From Octopus bimaculoides (Eukaryota), in contig NC_068985.1 of assembly GCF_001194135.2 (NCBI RefSeq), positions 93,640,766 through 93,677,280 on the forward strand: a DNA stretch of 36,515 nucleotides. Reading direction: 5' to 3'. A model generated the notes under the pieces. The model worked only from the letters and a program-made list of their open reading frames with translations. It had not been told where the DNA came from and searched no databases. Shown one piece after another: positions 32,734 through 36,515 of this stretch (position 1 is its first letter; the number at the start of each line of letters is the position of its first letter). A program made the position numbers and the translations under genes.

Positions 32734-33159
32734 GTTGTTGTTGCTATGGCGACGGCGAAAGAAAGAACGGCGTCACCAGCAATAACATTTAGCAACAACA
32801 AGAGGAAGATGAACAAACGATGGAGTCTCTTCGTGGTTCTTCGATCTGCTAAAAATAGTTGCCTAATATCCTCCAAACAATAACTGCTGTCTTAAGGAAA
32901 GAAAAGAGCTCGTTAGGAAAAATGAAGTTCTATGTCTGCCACATCAGATCAGACCTGGGGTTAAAGAACAACAAAAATGTCGCTATAGGGGAAAATATCA
33001 AAGATAAGATCCAACAGCAAAGCAACGAGAATATGGGTGTGTAGTTTCAAAACCAAGCTCACTGCATGATAAATTAATAGATTCATGATACCATTATTGA
33101 TTCATGGGGCCGGTCATCAAAGAAATATGCTTGATATTACCCTATAGCAAGTCTTCCAC

Positions 33160-33199
33160 TATAGAACAGTCTGTTTCGAGAACTGTATCCCTCATCAGG
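33160..33199 (-). ncRNA. Degenerate hammerhead-like core
   Basis: Reverse complement CTGATGA-GGGA(TACAGT)TCTC-GAAAC-AGACT-GTT; helix I is not in register. Confidence 0.35.
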
Positions 33200-33330
33200 C
33201 GACGTATAGAAGAGAGTTTCTTATGTATAATGTAGAAATTGATATCGTAAAATTCAGCCTGAGTAATGAACGTAACAATTCCTACAATAGATATTTGCTG
33301 CACTTACACGGTAGTGCATGTGTGTAAGCT

Positions 33331-33397
33331 GAAACGTTGTGTTAATAACAAACAAGATGAGAACAAATAGCCGTCAAATGTAAATAATGTAAATAAC
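33331..33397 (+). mobile_element. 3' tail of a second family-D copy
   Basis: 58/67 identical to 31354-31420. Confidence 0.75.
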
Positions 33398-33559
33398 GAA
33401 CTATAAGAGTTGACGAAAGGCATAAAAATCATCGGCTCCTTGCTTTCTAATTTCAAATCCTGTTCGGGTTGACTTCGCCAATCCGCATTCTGGCGTCGAT
33501 AAAATAAATAGCAGTCAAGGATAGAATTGTGGCGAAATCGTTAGAGCGTCTGGCGGGAT

Positions 33560-33826
33560 GGTTTATGGATGTTTGTTCCTATTCTTGTCCCCTCTATGTT
33601 TAGCCCCTTGTGGGCAATAAAGAAATAAGAAACGTTAGCACACCGGGCGAAATGTTTAGCGGTATTTCGTCTGTCTTGGCGTTCTGAGTTCAAATTCCGC
33701 CGAGGTCGACTTTGCCTTTCATCCTTTCGGGATCGATTAATTAAGTACCAATTGCATACTGAGGTCGAACTAAACGACTCGCCCCCTTCTCAAAAATTTC
33801 AGGCCGTGAGCCTAGAGTAGAAAAGA
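33560..33826 (+). mobile_element. Family-A tail1 plus body plus tail2
   Basis: ccccttgtgggcaataaagaaataagaaacgttagcacaccgggc...gtagaaaag. Confidence 0.85.
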
Positions 33827-34117
33827 AAAAACTGTAAACCTCCCTGCGCAAGTTCAATGCTAACTGTAACAATTTAAGGTAAGTTGTTGAGTGGAAGACA
33901 ACGAATCGCTGGNNNNNNNNNNNNNNNNNNNNNNNNNNNNNNNNNNNNNNNNNNNNNNNNNNNNNNNNNNNNNNNNNNNNNNNNNNNNNNNNNNNNNNNN
34001 NNNNNNNNNNNNNNNNNNNNNNNNNNNAAACTAAATTATTGCTTATCGCTTCCACCTAAGTTCACCTGACATAAACTTCCCTTCCTCCTTTCGACCTCAC
34101 TCTGTCCCTTTTCTCAG

Positions 34118-34206
34118 ATCCACAATCATTCCTCGTGGGAAATACAATACTCTGGAGTTCTCGCATCATTTCTATTTCTCCAAACATAAAACTTCAAAAA
34201 TTCAAG
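34118..34206 (+). other. Candidate 89-nt exon, with upstream intron 33879-34117
   Basis: Donor AAG|GTAAGT at 33878/33879, CTGAC branch-like site near 34066, long pyrimidine tract plus CAG at 34115-34117, donor AAG|GTGAGC at 34206/34207. Confidence 0.4.
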
Positions 34207-34332
34207 GTGAGCAACAACTTCATAAATTGTACCATTCTTGGAGAAGGTCAGCATAGGACTTAGTCGTATCTCCTCATATTTCACAAAGTTATTTGCAAAA
34301 AAAAAAAAAAATAGTTGGAAAATAATAATCGA

Positions 34333-34526
34333 TCAATCGATCAAAATCCGTAGCTTAAGAATGTTGTTGTTGTGCAGAAAAAGTAACAACATCGTTCCTC
34401 CATTTTCCTGAGATTTTGCAACAAACTTCCTCCATATCACTTCCCTGATGTTGCGCAACAGTTCCTTTAGTGATCTTTCTACACCACTTTTATCTGGGTT
34501 TTTACTGGGGATGGCGTGTTTGATGC
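34333..34526 (-). CDS. Candidate terminal exon ((G)IKHAIPSKNPDKSGVERSLKELLRNIREVIWRKFVAKSQENGGTMLLLFLHNNNILKLRILID*)
   Basis: attcttCAG acceptor at 34529-34527 and an open frame to TGA at 34335-34333; no homology recognised. Confidence 0.25.
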
Positions 34527-35103
34527 CTGAAGAATATATTTAATAGATATTGGAACATTAAATACCAAACGCTCTTCTAATATTTAGAAAGAACGCATCA
34601 CGAAAAAGTTCGCAGTTATAGGTTTTACCTATCAGCTATTAAAAACTGTTGCGTTTAAGAAAGTAATTTATCTTTGGGACACTGATATTTCGGTGAAACT
34701 TCATAAGTAAATGTGTGACTTTATTAAATACTAATTCAGGAAAATAAATAACTAACTTTCATGTTGAAAATATTTAATGTTAGTTTCGTATTCTGGCAGA
34801 AAGCCATAAATGTGTAAAACTTGGATAAAGTTGATGAAATCGATACCAGAATATGATTGAAATTTTATTTTTATCAGTGCTTTGCAGATGTAAGGTAAAT
34901 TCCTTAACAGAACGATATGGAGTCACGACGTACAAGAGACTAAACTTTATCCTATAAGCTTTCTGTGACGACTTTCTGGCATTTCCTGAGCGTTTACGTG
35001 GTCACTAGATCTGCCAGAAATTGCAATCAAATCTCCTACAAATCATATTCTTCCGTCTCGGAAAAGAACACATCAAAGAAAATATGATATTTTATTCCCT
35101 AGT

Positions 35104-35495
35104 GGGGGCGCAATGGCCCAGTGGTTAGGGCAGCGGACTCGCGGTTATAGGATCGTGGTTTCGATTCCCAGACCGGGTGTTGTGAATGTTTATTGAGCGA
35201 AAACACCTAAAAGCTCCACGAGGCTCCGGCAGGGGATGGTGGCGAACTCTGCTGTACTCTTTCACCACAACTTTCTCTCAATCTTACTTCCTGTTTCTAT
35301 TGTACCTGTAATTCAAAGGGTCAGCCTTGTCACACTGTGTCACGCTGAATATCCCCGAGAACTACGTTAAGGGCACACGTGTCTGTGGAGTGCTCAGCCA
35401 CTTGCACGTTAATTTCACGAGCAAGCTGTTCCGTTGATCGGATCAACTGGAACCCTCGACGTCGTAAGCGACGGAATGCCAACAACAACAACAAC
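35104..35495 (+). mobile_element. Full-length family-C tRNA-derived SINE with (AAC)n tail
   Basis: A-box TGGCCCAGTGG, B-box GGTTTCGATTCC, tail aacaacaacaacaac; probable TSD ttttattc(c/t)ct at 35090-35100 and 35496-35506. Confidence 0.9.
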
Positions 35496-35936
35496 TTTTA
35501 TTCTCTGAACATCAGTAAAATATGAAATGCGTTTACGTGGTCGGTAAATATGCTAGAGGTTGTGACTAAAACTCCCTCAAATCACACTCTGCCGCCTTTG
35601 AAAATAATACATAACATATGATTCTGGATTTTCTGAACATGGGGAAAATACGTGATGGTTACGGTTGAGATTCTTTTGATGAAGGATGTCCTGAAGCCAA
35701 GCAAATACAGCAACTAAGACAATATTTGTGGGATTCGGGTGTGGTTGGTTAAACGAATCCCTAAAAATGTATTACTAGTATTTGTAATAATGGTGTTGTC
35801 ACTGGATAACAAATTCACTCTTTGCGTTGTCTGAAAGCAAAACTGTAAAAGACAAGCGAATTGCCGTAAAGCAAGGCTCTTTCTGCATGTTAGGCCAGTC
35901 TAAGGAATATATGTTTGTGTTGACTTTGCAATCGTA

Positions 35937-36152
35937 ATATTAGTTTCAAATTTTGGCACAAGGTCAACAATCTTGAGGGAGGGGTTAAGTCGGTTACATC
36001 GATTCCAGTGCTCAACTGGCACTTATTTTATCGACCCCGAAAGGATGAAAAGAAAAGTCGATCTCAGCGGCATTTGAATTGAGAACTTAAATCCGAAAAA
36101 ATACTGCTAAGCATTTTGTCCGCCGCGGTAAGGATTCTGCCAGCTCGTCGCC
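35937..36152 (-). mobile_element. Family-A SINE
   Basis: ttatcgaccccgaaaggatgaaaag...gattctgccagctcgtcgcc. Confidence 0.85.
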
Positions 36153-36334
36153 GTACGCTTTGGGATCGTAATATCGTTACTAATAATTTGCTACCACGCT
36201 CTCGGCCAACCTAGGTTCTTTACTCTCTCCGTTAACGCATTTCTTTCTATTAAGTCCGATGAAGACCAGCTACTGCAATAGCTTAGGATTCAAAGGCCTA
36301 CAGGTCTTCGATTCTCTTTTAAAAGTATTTTATT

Positions 36335-36515
36335 CTTTTATCTGTTTCAGTCATTTTACTGCGGCCATGCTGGAACACCGCCTTTTAGTCGAGCAAATCA
36401 ACCCCAGGACTTATTCTTTGTAAGCCTAGTACTTCTTCTATCAGTGTTTTTCGCCGAACCGCTAAGTTACGGGGACGTAAATACAGCAGCATCGGTTGTC
36501 AAGCATATGTATATA
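36335..36515 (-). mobile_element. Family-B SINE 3' half
   Basis: gtttcagtcattttactgcggccatgctgg...gaaccgctaagttacggggacgtaaa...gcatcggttgtcaagc. Confidence 0.85.

Larger units (their letters stand above)
6027..34027. other. Assembly gaps (N): 6027-6275, 13009-13309, 13882-14601, 15948-16478, 17101-17250, 20324-20333, 21232-21327, 25336-25345, 27702-28222, 29491-29718, 31693-31998, 33913-34027
   Basis: Direct reading; most gaps abut simple repeats. Confidence 1.

Noticed and set aside
8643-32876. Long homopolymeric ORFs (poly-T, -I, -N, -V, HT/VC/YI repeats)
   Set aside because: They are translations of microsatellites, which lack stops in several frames; no evidence of coding.
5907-34069. 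ORFs containing X runs
   Set aside because: They are open only because they cross N-gaps.
34100-34170. Faint similarity to a CR1/L2 RT segment (FSDPQSFLVGNT..SSRII)
   Set aside because: The diagnostic GVPQG motif is absent.
31129-35175. tRNA-like sequences at 31129, 35104, 16479 and 9936
   Set aside because: A and B boxes are present but there is no acceptor-stem closure, and each continues into a SINE body; not tRNA genes.
36255-36312. CCGATGAAGACC...GGTCTTC
   Set aside because: It forms a stem but lacks the GAAA half of the core.

Overview
AT-rich, microsatellite-dense eukaryotic scaffold with 12 N-gaps. The tRNA-derived SINE families and overall repeat landscape look like a coleoid cephalopod (Octopus) genome; this is inferred from recognition, not from a search. 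No complete protein-coding gene can be supported. Nearly all listed ORFs are simple-repeat, N-gap or SINE artefacts. Supported content: (i) more than 25 copies or fragments of at least six SINE-like families, labelled A-F here, often nested, tandem or inverted; (ii) a near full-length mariner (27400-28801) with TIRs, TA duplication and a dead transposase; (iii) a 218-bp deletion derivative of a second mariner lineage; (iv) 3' relics of an RTE-type LINE and of an R4/Dong-type LINE sitting in (TAA)n; (v) several fold-back elements; (vi) a few low-confidence exon candidates. The most striking signal is a set of minimal type-I hammerhead ribozyme (HHR) motifs in three unrelated repeat families. 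One is a ~580-bp palindromic element carrying a hammerhead in each arm, facing outward (20406-20453 minus, 20817-20864 plus). One is a tRNA-Lys-headed SINE-like element with a hammerhead in its tail (31321-31366). One is a CUGUUGA core variant (647-683). All have a vestigial or palindromic helix III, as in Penelope-like-element hammerheads. Activity is untested and several copies carry core mutations.
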